The translations under genes were made by a program, and so were the position numbers. From Roseivirga sp. (GTDB lineage: Bacteria > Bacteroidota > Bacteroidia > Cytophagales > Cyclobacteriaceae): a stretch of 40,000 bases of DNA. The stretch covers positions 317,613 to 357,612 of the forward strand of contig JAAWWF010000001.1 in the NCBI GenBank assembly GCA_021404565.1, written 5' to 3'. Below the pieces are notes generated by a model, which saw only the letters and a list, made by a program, of their open reading frames with translations, was not told where the DNA came from and made no database searches. This document shows positions 1-8,343 of this stretch, in pieces (within the stretch, counting starts at the first letter, position 1; each line of letters begins with the position of its first letter).

Positions 1-371
1 GGTATATCTTCCAGCTTTCCGGAGGATTTTAGTGATTCATAAGTGGCAACGGTAATACGCGAGTTGGCAGAGCTAAACATTCTTCTCACTAATATTCCTA
101 ATGAATCACTTTCCAGCTCTTCTGCCCTAAGTTTTCCAATGAGGGTGTTCAGCTCATCTACCCTTCTTTGGTTGGATGGGATCTGATTTTCACCAAATAT
201 TCGGATATCTCTTTCCAGATCATCAGCAAATGACTCTAGTGACAAAATCATCTCACTCTCTTGCTTAATCCGCTCAGCGTATTTATCGATAGCGAAAGCA
301 ATGGAGATGCCGAAAATCACCACTATCAATTCTATAAAGTGATTTTTCCAATTGATTTTGTTGTCTGGCAA
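1..371 (-). CDS. hypothetical single-pass membrane protein; the C-terminal part lies beyond the left window edge
   Basis: Minus-strand frame stays open to the window edge and is absent from the supplied track. Hand translation from TTG at 369-371 gives MPDNKINWKNHFIELIVVIFGISIAFAIDKYAERIKQESEM..., a short N-terminus followed by one hydrophobic helix. There is no in-frame ATG between this TTG and the upstream in-frame TAA. Confidence 0.4.
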   Translation of the reverse strand, partial: MPDNKINWKNHFIELIVVIFGISIAFAIDKYAERIKQESEMILSLESFADDLERDIRIFGENQIPSNQRRVDELNTLIGKLRAEELESDSLGILVRRMFSSANSRITVATYESLKSSGKLEDI

Positions 372-461
372 GGCTGGTGTGTTTCTTGAAAATTAACTAA
401 AAACAAAAAGACCACAAAGCCGCGCTTCATGGTCTCTATATAAGTTTTTTGGTTGAGCTGG

Positions 462-1406
462 TTATTCTACCACCTCTCCCATGTCTGAGAACTTATCGAT
501 TCTCTTATCGATTCTGTCATCAGTATCCATGGCCATCAGAGGCTTGAGCTCTTCCAGGATTGTCTTTTTCATTTCAGCATACATCCAGTCAGGGTTCTGG
601 TGAGCACCTCCCAGAGGTTCTTTTACAATGGCATCCACCAGACCAAAGCCCTTCATATCGTCAGCTGTGAGCTTCAGCGCCTCAGCAGCCTGCTCCTTAT
701 ATTCCCAGCTTCTCCACAGAATGGATGAGCAGGACTCAGGGGAGATTACAGAATACCAGGTATTTTCAAGCATCAAAACACGATCTCCAATGGCTATGCC
801 CAAAGCACCGCCCGAAGCGCCTTCACCTATGATGATACAGATAACAGGTACTTTCAGAGTGAACATCTCGCGGATGTTTTTTGCGATGGCTTCGCCTTGT
901 CCACGCTCTTCAGCCTCAAAGCCGGGAAAAGCCCCGGGAGTATCGATAAGGGTAACGATAGGACGATTAAATTTCTCTGCAATGCGCATCAAACGAAGTG
1001 CCTTGCGATAGCCTTCAGGATTGGCCATACCAAAATTGCGCATTTGGCGCTGCTTGGTATTTCTACCTTTCTGCTGACCGATAAACATAACGGACTGCCC
1101 GTCAAGGGTACCAAAACCACCTACCATGGCTTTGTCATCTTTGACAGTACGGTCTCCGTGAAGTTCTATAAAATCGTCAGTGATATTGTATATATAATCC
1201 AGTGTATAGGGCCTTTCGGGGTGCCTGGAAAGCTGCACTTTCTGCCAGCGGGTAAGGTTGCCGTATGTATCTTCTTTCAGCCTTTGGATCTTCTCTTCCA
1301 GCGAAACGATGGTATCAGATACATCCACCTTACTGCCTTCTGCAAGCTTTTTCATCTCTTCCAGCTTCTCTTCCAGCTCAAATATGGGTTGTTCGAATTC
1401 CAGCAT
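462..1406 (-). CDS. accA: acetyl-CoA carboxylase carboxyltransferase subunit alpha
   Basis: 314-aa ORF recognisable end to end as AccA, with an N-terminal coiled region ([16 protein letters not shown]) and the carboxyltransferase core ([48 protein letters not shown]). Confidence 0.95.
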   Translation of the reverse strand: MLEFEQPIFELEEKLEEMKKLAEGSKVDVSDTIVSLEEKIQRLKEDTYGNLTRWQKVQLSRHPERPYTLDYIYNITDDFIELHGDRTVKDDKAMVGGFGTLDGQSVMFIGQQKGRNTKQRQMRNFGMANPEGYRKALRLMRIAEKFNRPIVTLIDTPGAFPGFEAEERGQGEAIAKNIREMFTLKVPVICIIIGEGASGGALGIAIGDRVLMLENTWYSVISPESCSSILWRSWEYKEQAAEALKLTADDMKGFGLVDAIVKEPLGGAHQNPDWMYAEMKKTILEELKPLMAMDTDDRIDKRIDKFSDMGEVVE

Positions 1407-1519
1407 AGGGACATTTTTGAAGGTACAAAATTAATATTAATCGTCTACGCTGGGTAAAGTCAGGTGAAAAATTCGACAAGCCCCTTCATTTTTACTACTT
1501 TTCCGTAAACGGACTTTTT

Positions 1520-2593
1520 ATGACCTCCGAAGCACACCTGGCTACCATAAAAAATATCCTGATCTTTTTTATGGCCATTGTGATCATCATGATCGTGAAA
1601 ACACTCTCAGGACTGCTGATTCCTTTGGCCTTTGCCATCTTTACAGGGATCCTCCTGCAACCGATCATTGCATTTCTGGAGAAGAAAAAATGGCCTTATA
1701 CTATTTCTATCACGCTCATTACCTTGCTCACAGTAGGCTGCTTTTACCTGGCCGGACTGATCATGGTAGATACAGGTTCCCAAATTGTATCTGAAAAGGA
1801 CAAGCTGCTTGGTCAGATTGAAAACAGGGCTCAAAGCATGATTGAGCAGTTTGACCACCTGCCGGGGGTAGACAAAATAGAAGTTACCAACTTCACTGAG
1901 CTGATCAATAAAGTGGCCACCTCAGACTTTATCCTGAACACCTCAGGAGTGGTAGCAGGTCAGCTGGGCACCTTTACCTGGAACTTTATTCTTGCCACTA
2001 TTTACCTGGTAGCGGTATTGGGCAGTATTGTTCGCTATGAAAAGTACATTCACTACCTGGAAGGTGATGATGATATTGGCCAGCAGCGACTGGTAAAAGC
2101 CTTTGTGGAGGTGCGCGATTCCATTGTGAGCTATATGAAGGTAAAGTTCGTTACCAGCTTTTGTACCGGGCTATGCTTCGGGCTTATTTGCTGGGCTTTC
2201 AAAATAGACTTTGCACTCTTCTGGGGCTTCTTCGCTTTTATGCTCAACTTCATTCCCACAGTAGGCTCTATCACAGCCACCATTCCCCCTATTCTGCTGG
2301 GCCTGATCCAAATCGACTCAGGAGGCACCTATACCTTCTTTATTATCCTGCTTGTGGCCACCCAGTTTGTATGGGGCAATGTAATAGAACCCCTGGTGAT
2401 GGGCTCTTCAGTAGCGCTCAACACGGTAACGGTCATTCTCGGCCTGGTGGTCTGGGGCTATATCTGGGGCGTTTCGGGTATGCTGTTATCTGTGCCGCTG
2501 ATCGTACTGGCCAGGGTAATTCTGGCGCAAATGCCCGATGCAGATATGATTGTCAAGCTCATGGGGCGTAGTCAGCTAAAAAAAGTGAAGTAG
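1520..2593 (+). CDS. AI-2E family (PerM/UPF0118) transporter
   Basis: 357-aa polytopic membrane protein. It carries the family-typical C-terminal block LNFIPTVGSITATIPPILLGL ... GNVIEPLVMG. Confidence 0.85.
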   Translation: MTSEAHLATIKNILIFFMAIVIIMIVKTLSGLLIPLAFAIFTGILLQPIIAFLEKKKWPYTISITLITLLTVGCFYLAGLIMVDTGSQIVSEKDKLLGQIENRAQSMIEQFDHLPGVDKIEVTNFTELINKVATSDFILNTSGVVAGQLGTFTWNFILATIYLVAVLGSIVRYEKYIHYLEGDDDIGQQRLVKAFVEVRDSIVSYMKVKFVTSFCTGLCFGLICWAFKIDFALFWGFFAFMLNFIPTVGSITATIPPILLGLIQIDSGGTYTFFIILLVATQFVWGNVIEPLVMGSSVALNTVTVILGLVVWGYIWGVSGMLLSVPLIVLARVILAQMPDADMIVKLMGRSQLKKVK

Positions 2594-2613
2594 TACCTTT
2601 TCAATTCACCTGA

Positions 2614-3516
2614 ATGAATTCTTTTGAACACCAGGCCATGGCCACCCAATTTCTTATTCGGATAGAAAACGAAGAGGACGACTATGCCGAAAATGCAGCC
2701 ATTCAGTGCTTTCAAAGGCTGGATGAGCTTGAAGCGAAACTCAGCCGTTTTGTGGCTGACAGTGACATCAGCCGCATCAACAAAATGGCCACAGAAGAGC
2801 AACTACCGCTGGACAGTGAAACCTGGCAAGTAATCAAGCAGGCCATTCAGGCACAACAGTGGACCGCGGGGACTTTTGATATTGGCGTGGCTGAGCACAT
2901 GGATATTTTCAGGGCGACAAAGCAGGGCATTCTCAATGAATTTGAAATGAATAAGGCCCTGGAGAAAGCTCAGCAGGCAAAGCTGGGTTCGAGCATTTAT
3001 CTGAGTCCGGACAGCCCCATGATTTACTGCATTAAGGAAGGTATGCGCTTTGATCTGGGTGGCATTGGTAAAGGCTATGCGCTGGATCAGCTGGCCCTGT
3101 TGCTTGACGACCTGGGAGTAACAACCTATAGCATCAGCGCGGGCGACAGCACGGTAATGGTACGCAATGATACCGCTGTAAGGCCTTGCTGGGAGTATAC
3201 CATCAGCGCTGCTACAGAGCAGAAAAAGCTCAAACTCAGTAATATCATTGTCAGTGCTTCCGGTACCTTTCATCAGGGCAATCATATCTTCGACCCAAGA
3301 ACGGGGCAGAATACGGGCATCTCTGAGTTCGACAGGATATGGGTGGCCTCTGAAAACGGAGCTTATTCTGATGCTTTTTCCACCGGACTCTTTCTGCTAT
3401 CAGTCGAAGAAATTGAAAAACTGGTCGATGCCGTCTCAGAAATTACATGGGTGGCTTATAGCAAGGCAGGAAAACTTCACTTTTTAAGCCGAAATCCATT
3501 AAATTTCGTGGCTTAA
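2614..3516 (+). CDS. apbE: FAD:protein FMN transferase (ApbE family)
   Basis: 300-aa ORF with ApbE hallmarks: SDISRIN early and the DLGGIGKGYALD motif. No obvious signal peptide or lipobox. Confidence 0.85.
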   Translation: MNSFEHQAMATQFLIRIENEEDDYAENAAIQCFQRLDELEAKLSRFVADSDISRINKMATEEQLPLDSETWQVIKQAIQAQQWTAGTFDIGVAEHMDIFRATKQGILNEFEMNKALEKAQQAKLGSSIYLSPDSPMIYCIKEGMRFDLGGIGKGYALDQLALLLDDLGVTTYSISAGDSTVMVRNDTAVRPCWEYTISAATEQKKLKLSNIIVSASGTFHQGNHIFDPRTGQNTGISEFDRIWVASENGAYSDAFSTGLFLLSVEEIEKLVDAVSEITWVAYSKAGKLHFLSRNPLNFVA

Positions 3517-3567
3517 TCCGCAGTAACGCGCTGGAACTGATTTATTAATCTCAAAACTCACTGGCCT

Positions 3568-4923
3568 ATGACAACAGGTAAAACCAACAGACGAAACTTT
3601 ATTAAGACCTCTACCCTCTTCGGAACGGGACTGGTATTAGCCAATCCTTTTAGCATTACGGCTAAACCGCTGATGGCGGCTGACAAGGTAAATGTAGCCG
3701 TAGTAGGCTGCGGAGGCCGTGGTGGCGGGGTCATTTTCAGCAACATTCCTAAAATACCAAGTGCCAACCTGGTGGCGGTCTGCGATATAGTAGAAAGCCG
3801 AAGAGAACGCGCCAAAGATCGCTATAATAAAGAGCACAATGGCAAGGTAAAAGCTTATGAGAACTTTTACGAAATGCTGGAGAAGGAAAACCTGGATGCC
3901 ATCGTGCTGACGACTCCTGACTTCTGGCATAAAAAGCACACAGTAGATGCCCTGGAAGCAGGCCTGCATGTATACTGCGAAAAGGCAATGTCTAACAATA
4001 TAGAGGATGCCCGCAAAATGGCCGAAGCCATGAAGAAATCCGGAAAGTTGCTTCAGATTGGCCGACAGCGAAGAAGTAACGATCGCTACCGCTTTACCTA
4101 CAATGTATTGCTGGAGCGAGAGAAGATGTTCGGGCGACTTACCCATGCCATCGGGCAGTGGAATCGCTCCAGAATCTGGACACAAAGACCAAACAAACGT
4201 GACAACCTGGACCTTGCAAAGCTGAAAGAGTATGGCTTTGACACGGTAGATCAGGTATACAACTGGCGTAACTATAAAAAGCTGGGCGGAGGTGTGGTCT
4301 CTGACTTAGGCTCACACCAGATTGATATCTTCAACTGGTTCTTTGATGCTTATCCTCATACAGTATACGCAGCCGGCAACAACTCCTACTTTGGGTTTGA
4401 ACAGGCCGATACCATGGCCACCATACTGGAATACGATACACCCAACGGACCCGCTATCGGTATTTATGAGAACATCTCTAACTCCCGTGCCATAGGTGTT
4501 TATGAGCGTTTTGTGGGAGACGATGGTGCTTTCATTATCTCAGAAGGCAAGGATAACAAGATCTATCGCGAGTCGCGAGTTCACTCGAAAAAGTGGCAGA
4601 AGTATATCGACAAAGGTTATATCAGCAATCTGGCGGATATGCAGAAGTACAAGGAGAAAGAATCGGGTGATTCCGGTATCAAGGAAACCGCTCCTCAGAT
4701 CAGCTATGACATCAACGAGATGAAGGATATGGGTAAGGTGTATAACCTGGCAGCTCATACGGCACACCTTTACAATTTTATTGAAAGCGTAAGAGAAGAA
4801 GAAACACTGAACTATGATGCCGTGAAGTCTTACAAATCTGAGGTATGTATCTACAAGATTCATGAGGCAATCAATGCCGGTGGCAACCGCATTAGGATCA
4901 CCGATAAGGAATATGATATTTAA
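3568..4923 (+). CDS. Gfo/Idh/MocA family oxidoreductase with twin-arginine signal
   Basis: The N-terminus TNRRNFIKTSTLFGTGLVLA is TAT-like. It is followed by the Rossmann motif VAVVGCGGRGG and the EKA/EKP-type motif (YCEKAM). Confidence 0.85.
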   Translation: MTTGKTNRRNFIKTSTLFGTGLVLANPFSITAKPLMAADKVNVAVVGCGGRGGGVIFSNIPKIPSANLVAVCDIVESRRERAKDRYNKEHNGKVKAYENFYEMLEKENLDAIVLTTPDFWHKKHTVDALEAGLHVYCEKAMSNNIEDARKMAEAMKKSGKLLQIGRQRRSNDRYRFTYNVLLEREKMFGRLTHAIGQWNRSRIWTQRPNKRDNLDLAKLKEYGFDTVDQVYNWRNYKKLGGGVVSDLGSHQIDIFNWFFDAYPHTVYAAGNNSYFGFEQADTMATILEYDTPNGPAIGIYENISNSRAIGVYERFVGDDGAFIISEGKDNKIYRESRVHSKKWQKYIDKGYISNLADMQKYKEKESGDSGIKETAPQISYDINEMKDMGKVYNLAAHTAHLYNFIESVREEETLNYDAVKSYKSEVCIYKIHEAINAGGNRIRITDKEYDI

Positions 4924-5114
4924 CCTGATTTATGCATTAAGAATCATAATGAAGGCTTAAAGCACAATAAGTCAGGCATTTATGTTGACGAAGCATAGCA
5001 TCGCTATGGTGATTCAACAAACTTGTGATAAATGCCCGAATTGAAGTGATTTAAGAATGGAATAGATTTCCTAATGAATGATTCAGGTTTAAGAACTGAC
5101 CAACTACAATGCAA

Positions 5115-5143
5115 AAGCCATCTCGTAAGGGATGGCTTTTTTT
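5115..5143. terminator. bidirectional Rho-independent terminator between convergent genes
   Basis: Hairpin aagccatc-tcgtaagg-gatggctt (5115-5138). It is followed by a T run on the plus strand and has a short A run on its 5' side (aaaa), read as a T run on the minus strand. It sits between the oxidoreductase and the recombinase gene. Confidence 0.6.
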
Positions 5144-5154
5144 GCAACCTAGAT

Positions 5155-5991
5155 TCACATTACAATAGAGTCAATCGGACTCTTGACCTTCACAATCTGA
5201 TCACTTGCCACATGGGTATAGATCATAGTGGTTTTTATCGAGTTGTGTCCAAGAAGTTTTTGGATAACCCTGATATCCGTTCCCCCTTCCAACAGATGGG
5301 TAGCAAAACTATGTCTTAGGGTATGCAGGGTGACTGGCTTTTGTATACCAGCCTTTTTTGTCGACCTTTTAACAATTTTCAGCGCGCTACTCCTTGAATA
5401 AGAGGCGGAAGTTTGTCCTTCAAACAAGTACTCACGAGGTTGATATTTCCTGAAGTATTCTCTCAGCAACTTCCTTAAATTTTCAGGGAACATCAGCTGT
5501 CTATCCTTTTTACCCTTAGCATTGTAAATAGTCACTACTCCCCTACTGCCATCCAGGTCCTTTACTTTCAATTGAATTAGCTCCCCCACTCTAAGTCCGA
5601 GGCTATATATGGTCACCAGAATTGCCTTGTGCTTTAAATTATCGGTTACTCTTATTAGTGATGTCACCTCTTGTTTTGACAGAACTACCGGCAGTTTAAA
5701 AGCTTTTCTGGTTACACTCAGAACTGAAAGTGATACCTGCCTGTCATAAACCAGCTTGTAAAATAGCTGTGTAGCCCCGATTACTTGCTTTTGATAAGCA
5801 TAAGACATCTTTTTATGATAGAACAGTGAAAAACACAAGTCCTGTAAAAACGTATCAGCCAGTCGGCTCCAATCTTTGAATTTGCCCGAATGTTGTAGCA
5901 ACCTCAAGGCATTGATATATACATTAATTGTATTGTGACTATAGCCTTTTATAGTCAATAGCTTTTCAAAATCCTTTAGTGTCTGAATCAT
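5155..5991 (-). CDS. tyrosine-type site-specific recombinase (XerD-like; IntI-like C-terminus but no IntI-type insertion)
   Basis: The catalytic set is visible: R in LGLRVGEL, K in [17 protein letters not shown], LLGH, and Y in MIYTHV. The C-terminal tail is [10 protein letters not shown]. The track starts at TTG 6012. I prefer ATG 5991 ([12 protein letters not shown]), because the intervening codons coincide with an inverted-repeat arm. Confidence 0.85.
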   Translation of the reverse strand: [278 protein letters not shown]

Positions 5992-5993
5992 AC

Positions 5994-6099
5994 TTCCGCA
6001 ATAACCAACCAAATCGGGGTCTTCTTAACCACAGCTAAAATAAACGGAATTATCTAATTTACTCACCTATATATATTAAAAAGATTGGTTATTGCGGAA
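5994..6099. repeat. 15-bp perfect inverted repeat (ttccgcaataaccaa / ttggttattgcggaa) with a 76-bp spacer
   Basis: Arms at 5994-6008 and 6085-6099 are exact reverse complements. The left arm lies 3-17 nt upstream of the preferred recombinase ATG. The right arm lies just upstream of the attI-like junction. Confidence 0.8.
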
Positions 6100-6104
6100 C
6101 TTTT

Positions 6105-6134
6105 GACCAAATTCCACATATAAACGAGTTGGCA
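6105..6134 (+). other. attI-like junction (gaccaaattccacatataaacgaG|TTGGCA)
   Basis: First occurrence of the CACAT..AAC..GTT junction, next to the recombinase gene. GTTGGCA (6128-6134) is the reverse complement of TGCCAAC at 6740-6746. Confidence 0.6.
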
Positions 6135-6149
6135 TTCATTGAAACAAAC

Positions 6150-6455
6150 ATGAAGTACTTAATTGACTTATCAGGAATGATCGACCTAGAAACATTCCAT
6201 GAGTATGTATCTAAGAAGCTCGACTTTCCAGCATATTATGGACAAAATTTTGATGCATTTTGGGACTGTTTGACTGATATGGATTCAAATTCAAAAATTA
6301 GAGTAGAAGGACTATCAGACTTGAGAAAAAATCTTCCTGATGCTTATGATAAATTAAAAAAGTGCATAGACGACTATCGAGAAGAATATGGACAAATTGA
6401 ATTCATGCTTTTTGAAGATAGCCCGAGCGGTGAAGGACTGATTAACAACGTATAA
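6150..6455 (+). CDS. barstar-family ribonuclease inhibitor (orphan immunity protein)
   Basis: KKLDFPAYYGQNFDAFWDCLTD aligns closely with the barstar core [23 protein letters not shown], recalled from memory. The size is also barstar-like. The track starts at TTG 6129, but ATG 6150 (MKYLIDL) is more plausible. No barnase-like gene is nearby. Confidence 0.8.
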   Translation: MKYLIDLSGMIDLETFHEYVSKKLDFPAYYGQNFDAFWDCLTDMDSNSKIRVEGLSDLRKNLPDAYDKLKKCIDDYREEYGQIEFMLFEDSPSGEGLINNV

Positions 6456-6602
6456 ACGCATGTAAGAACTTGTGTTCAGAAGTTGAATTGATGTATAATA
6501 TGGTTACGAGTATAGAGTTTTGGATGAGTCTCATGATTAAGCAATTAATTACTGAACTGTTAAAATTCAAGCCTATGAATATTTTTAAAAACATAATTGT
6601 CG

Positions 6603-6716
6603 GAGTGGGAGCTGTAGTGTGGGACCACAACATTATGACTTGTAGAATATTGTACGGAGAGACAGCTTATCAAGACGGCAGCGATGGGGGTTCGATTCCC
6701 CCTTCCCACTCTCTCT
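6603..6716 (+). other. tRNA-like acceptor/T-arm mimic; not a canonical tRNA
   Basis: Perfect T-arm ggggg-ttcgatt-ccccc at 6686-6702. It is followed directly by tcccactc (6704-6711), which pairs perfectly with gagtggga (6603-6610). The about 75 nt in between give no credible D arm or anticodon arm. Confidence 0.35.
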
Positions 6717-6739
6717 TGAAAACAAATAAAAAAACGAAA

Positions 6740-6799
6740 TGCCAACAAGGTGTATAGTGCATACCCTTCGGGATACACACCATACACAGAACGTTAGTG
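6740..6799 (+). other. attC-like site 1 (60 bp)
   Basis: Sequence TGCCAAC-aag-GTGTAT-...c(ttcg)g...-ATACAC-agaac-GTTAGTG. A continuous imperfect hairpin has AAC/GTT at the base, an unpaired spacer, a 6-bp inner box and a TTCG-capped tip. Confidence 0.7.
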
Positions 6800-6818
6800 G
6801 GCATATTCCAGAGAACTT

Positions 6819-7451
6819 ATGAATTACAGGTTTCTTATTACACTTTTTCTCTCTTTGTCATCCAGTCTGGCTCTGGCTCAAGACCACCTGGAGCCGAATT
6901 CGAATATTTTTGAAGACTATGACTTTCAGTATCAATATTATTCTCAAATACGAGATTTGCTTTTTGAGGGACTTTCTGATCAACCAATTAGTCAATTGAT
7001 AATTTTACCTTCATTCTCCAAAGAGTTGGTATGGCAGATAGACAACAACCAAAAAGACAATAAATATTACTCCATTACAAGTACTGCAAATCATAGTATT
7101 TGGTACAATCAATACGAGGACAAACCGAAAAAATTAAAACAAGAAATTTCCAGAAACGAAATAACAAAAGAATCGGCCGAACTGATACGAAAATTGTTTT
7201 TGGTCGCATTGAAAGGCGTGAAATATTCTGATGACAGACAGGGGCTTGACGGGACTAATTATTATTTTTCTGTTACTGAGATGGGTTCAAAATCCGGCAC
7301 GATCTGGTCCCCGAGAAAAGGATCAAAAATGAGAGAATTGGTTGATCTTTCCCAAAGAGTCATAGGAGAAACTCAAAAGCAATCCAACTTAAGTAAGAGC
7401 TTAATTAAGGACATTAATAAACTCATATCGGAACTAAATAACGCTCACTAA
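6819..7451 (+). CDS. hypothetical secreted protein (cassette 2)
   Basis: 210-aa ORF with a signal peptide (MNYRFLITLFLSLSSSLALAQ). The ATG lies 26 nt after the GTT junction. The stop codon TAA is embedded in the CACTAAC box. Confidence 0.7.
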   Translation: MNYRFLITLFLSLSSSLALAQDHLEPNSNIFEDYDFQYQYYSQIRDLLFEGLSDQPISQLIILPSFSKELVWQIDNNQKDNKYYSITSTANHSIWYNQYEDKPKKLKQEISRNEITKESAELIRKLFLVALKGVKYSDDRQGLDGTNYYFSVTEMGSKSGTIWSPRKGSKMRELVDLSQRVIGETQKQSNLSKSLIKDINKLISELNNAH

Positions 7452-7563
7452 CAAACGCTACGAATGAATATGCGAACTGATCATTTTGAACAGACAGTGC
7501 TAAACAGAAACCTATGCACGTATAGCAAATGGAGTGCATACTCACTTCAGTCAGATGTTACCA
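7446..7563 (+). other. attC-like site 2 (about 118 bp)
   Basis: Starts with CACTAAC, the reverse complement of GTTAGTG at 6793-6799, and ends with GTTACCA. It contains a 7-bp hairpin, tatgcac...gtgcata. Its first about 35 nt are shared with the site at 9076. Confidence 0.6.
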
Positions 7564-7579
7564 CTCTTACCCAATACTC

Positions 7580-8338
7580 ATGAAGATTCTACTTACCATA
7601 TTCTTTCTATCATTCTTCAACTTTCCAAACGCCCAGGATGTGCCAACTCTTAAACCAAGAATTGGGAAGATGCTGAATTTCGGGCCAACTGTTCAAAAAG
7701 AATGGGCCATAAGAGACAAGGCAATGAGCGATTTAAGCGAGGGCAACAGAACATGGGACGAACTAACACCTGAAGAACAGGCAACCTTTGAAAAGTACGG
7801 GGAGATTTATGAAGATATGTGGGATATTGTGGGTGGTGCATGCACTTGGTATTGTGGCGGTGGCCAGGACACACAAACAGCCTCATCCGAACTGACTGCA
7901 CAAGGCACCAGCACATATAACGCACAAAATGCTCACGATTTAAGCTACGAAACAGCATGGGTGGAAGGCGTTTCGGGATATGGAATTGGAGAATATATTG
8001 AATATCATGTTGAGCCGGAAAACCCTCGAATGACCGAAATCATTATTGTCAACGGTTATGTAAAAAGTGATAACGCCTGGAAGAACAATTCCAGAGTCAA
8101 AAAATTAAAAATGTACATTGACAATAAACCATATGCCATCCTTGAACTTGAAGACTCTAAAGCCGAACAACATTTCAAGGTTGATCCGATTGGATATGGA
8201 GATCGCGACAACTTCGAACTTTTGAAGAAGAAGCCCGGGTTCACGCTCAAGTTTGAGATTGTAGATGTTTACCCTGGCTTAAAGTGGGAAGACACAGCAA
8301 TAACGGAAATTTACTTTGACGGGATTGACGTACATTAA
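7580..8338 (+). CDS. secreted protein with a C-terminal discoidin-like / NADase-type glycan-binding-like domain (cassette 3)
   Basis: Signal peptide MKILLTIFFLSFFNFPNAQ from ATG 7580; the track starts earlier, at 7529. The C-terminal pattern SSEL...Y.A.NA.D....TAWVEG..GYGIGEYIEY....IIIVNGY.KS......NSRVKK resembles that domain family. This assignment is from memory. Confidence 0.6.
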   Translation: MKILLTIFFLSFFNFPNAQDVPTLKPRIGKMLNFGPTVQKEWAIRDKAMSDLSEGNRTWDELTPEEQATFEKYGEIYEDMWDIVGGACTWYCGGGQDTQTASSELTAQGTSTYNAQNAHDLSYETAWVEGVSGYGIGEYIEYHVEPENPRMTEIIIVNGYVKSDNAWKNNSRVKKLKMYIDNKPYAILELEDSKAEQHFKVDPIGYGDRDNFELLKKKPGFTLKFEIVDVYPGLKWEDTAITEIYFDGIDVH

Positions 8339-8343
8339 ACATG

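Noticed and set aside
628-1457. Plus-strand ORFs 628-1011 and 897-1457 overlapping accA.
   Set aside because: They are antisense shadow ORFs inside a confidently identified gene, and their low-complexity translations resemble no protein family. The same reasoning applies to the many other overlapping or antisense track ORFs, including 1607-1858, 2131-2328, 2161-2571, 2803-3285, 3637-4185, 15623-15946, 16169-16714, 19395-20082, 21529-22056, 24816-25136, 26646-27011, 29682-30137, 31111-31579, 35459-35845 and 36643-37293.
6012-6129. Track start codons TTG 6012 (recombinase), TTG 6129 (barstar), 7529 (cassette 3), 30202 (2Fe-2S subunit) and 37347 (tgt).
   Set aside because: In each case a downstream ATG gives a more natural N-terminus: a family-typical start or a clean signal peptide. 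The upstream extension also overlaps a repeat arm or junction. Coordinates were adjusted accordingly, though the alternative starts cannot be excluded without experimental data.
6603-6711. A complete tRNA or tmRNA gene.
   Set aside because: Only the acceptor stem and T-arm can be built. The interior yields no D arm or anticodon arm in any register I tried. The element is far too short for tmRNA and lacks the tmRNA 5' consensus. It is kept only as a tRNA-like module.
6470-6787. ORFs 6470-6757 (+), 6442-6633 (-) and 6560-6787 (-) in the tail of cassette 1.
   Set aside because: The translations are low-complexity and run straight through the tRNA-like module and attC-like site 1. The region is better explained as non-coding cassette sequence.
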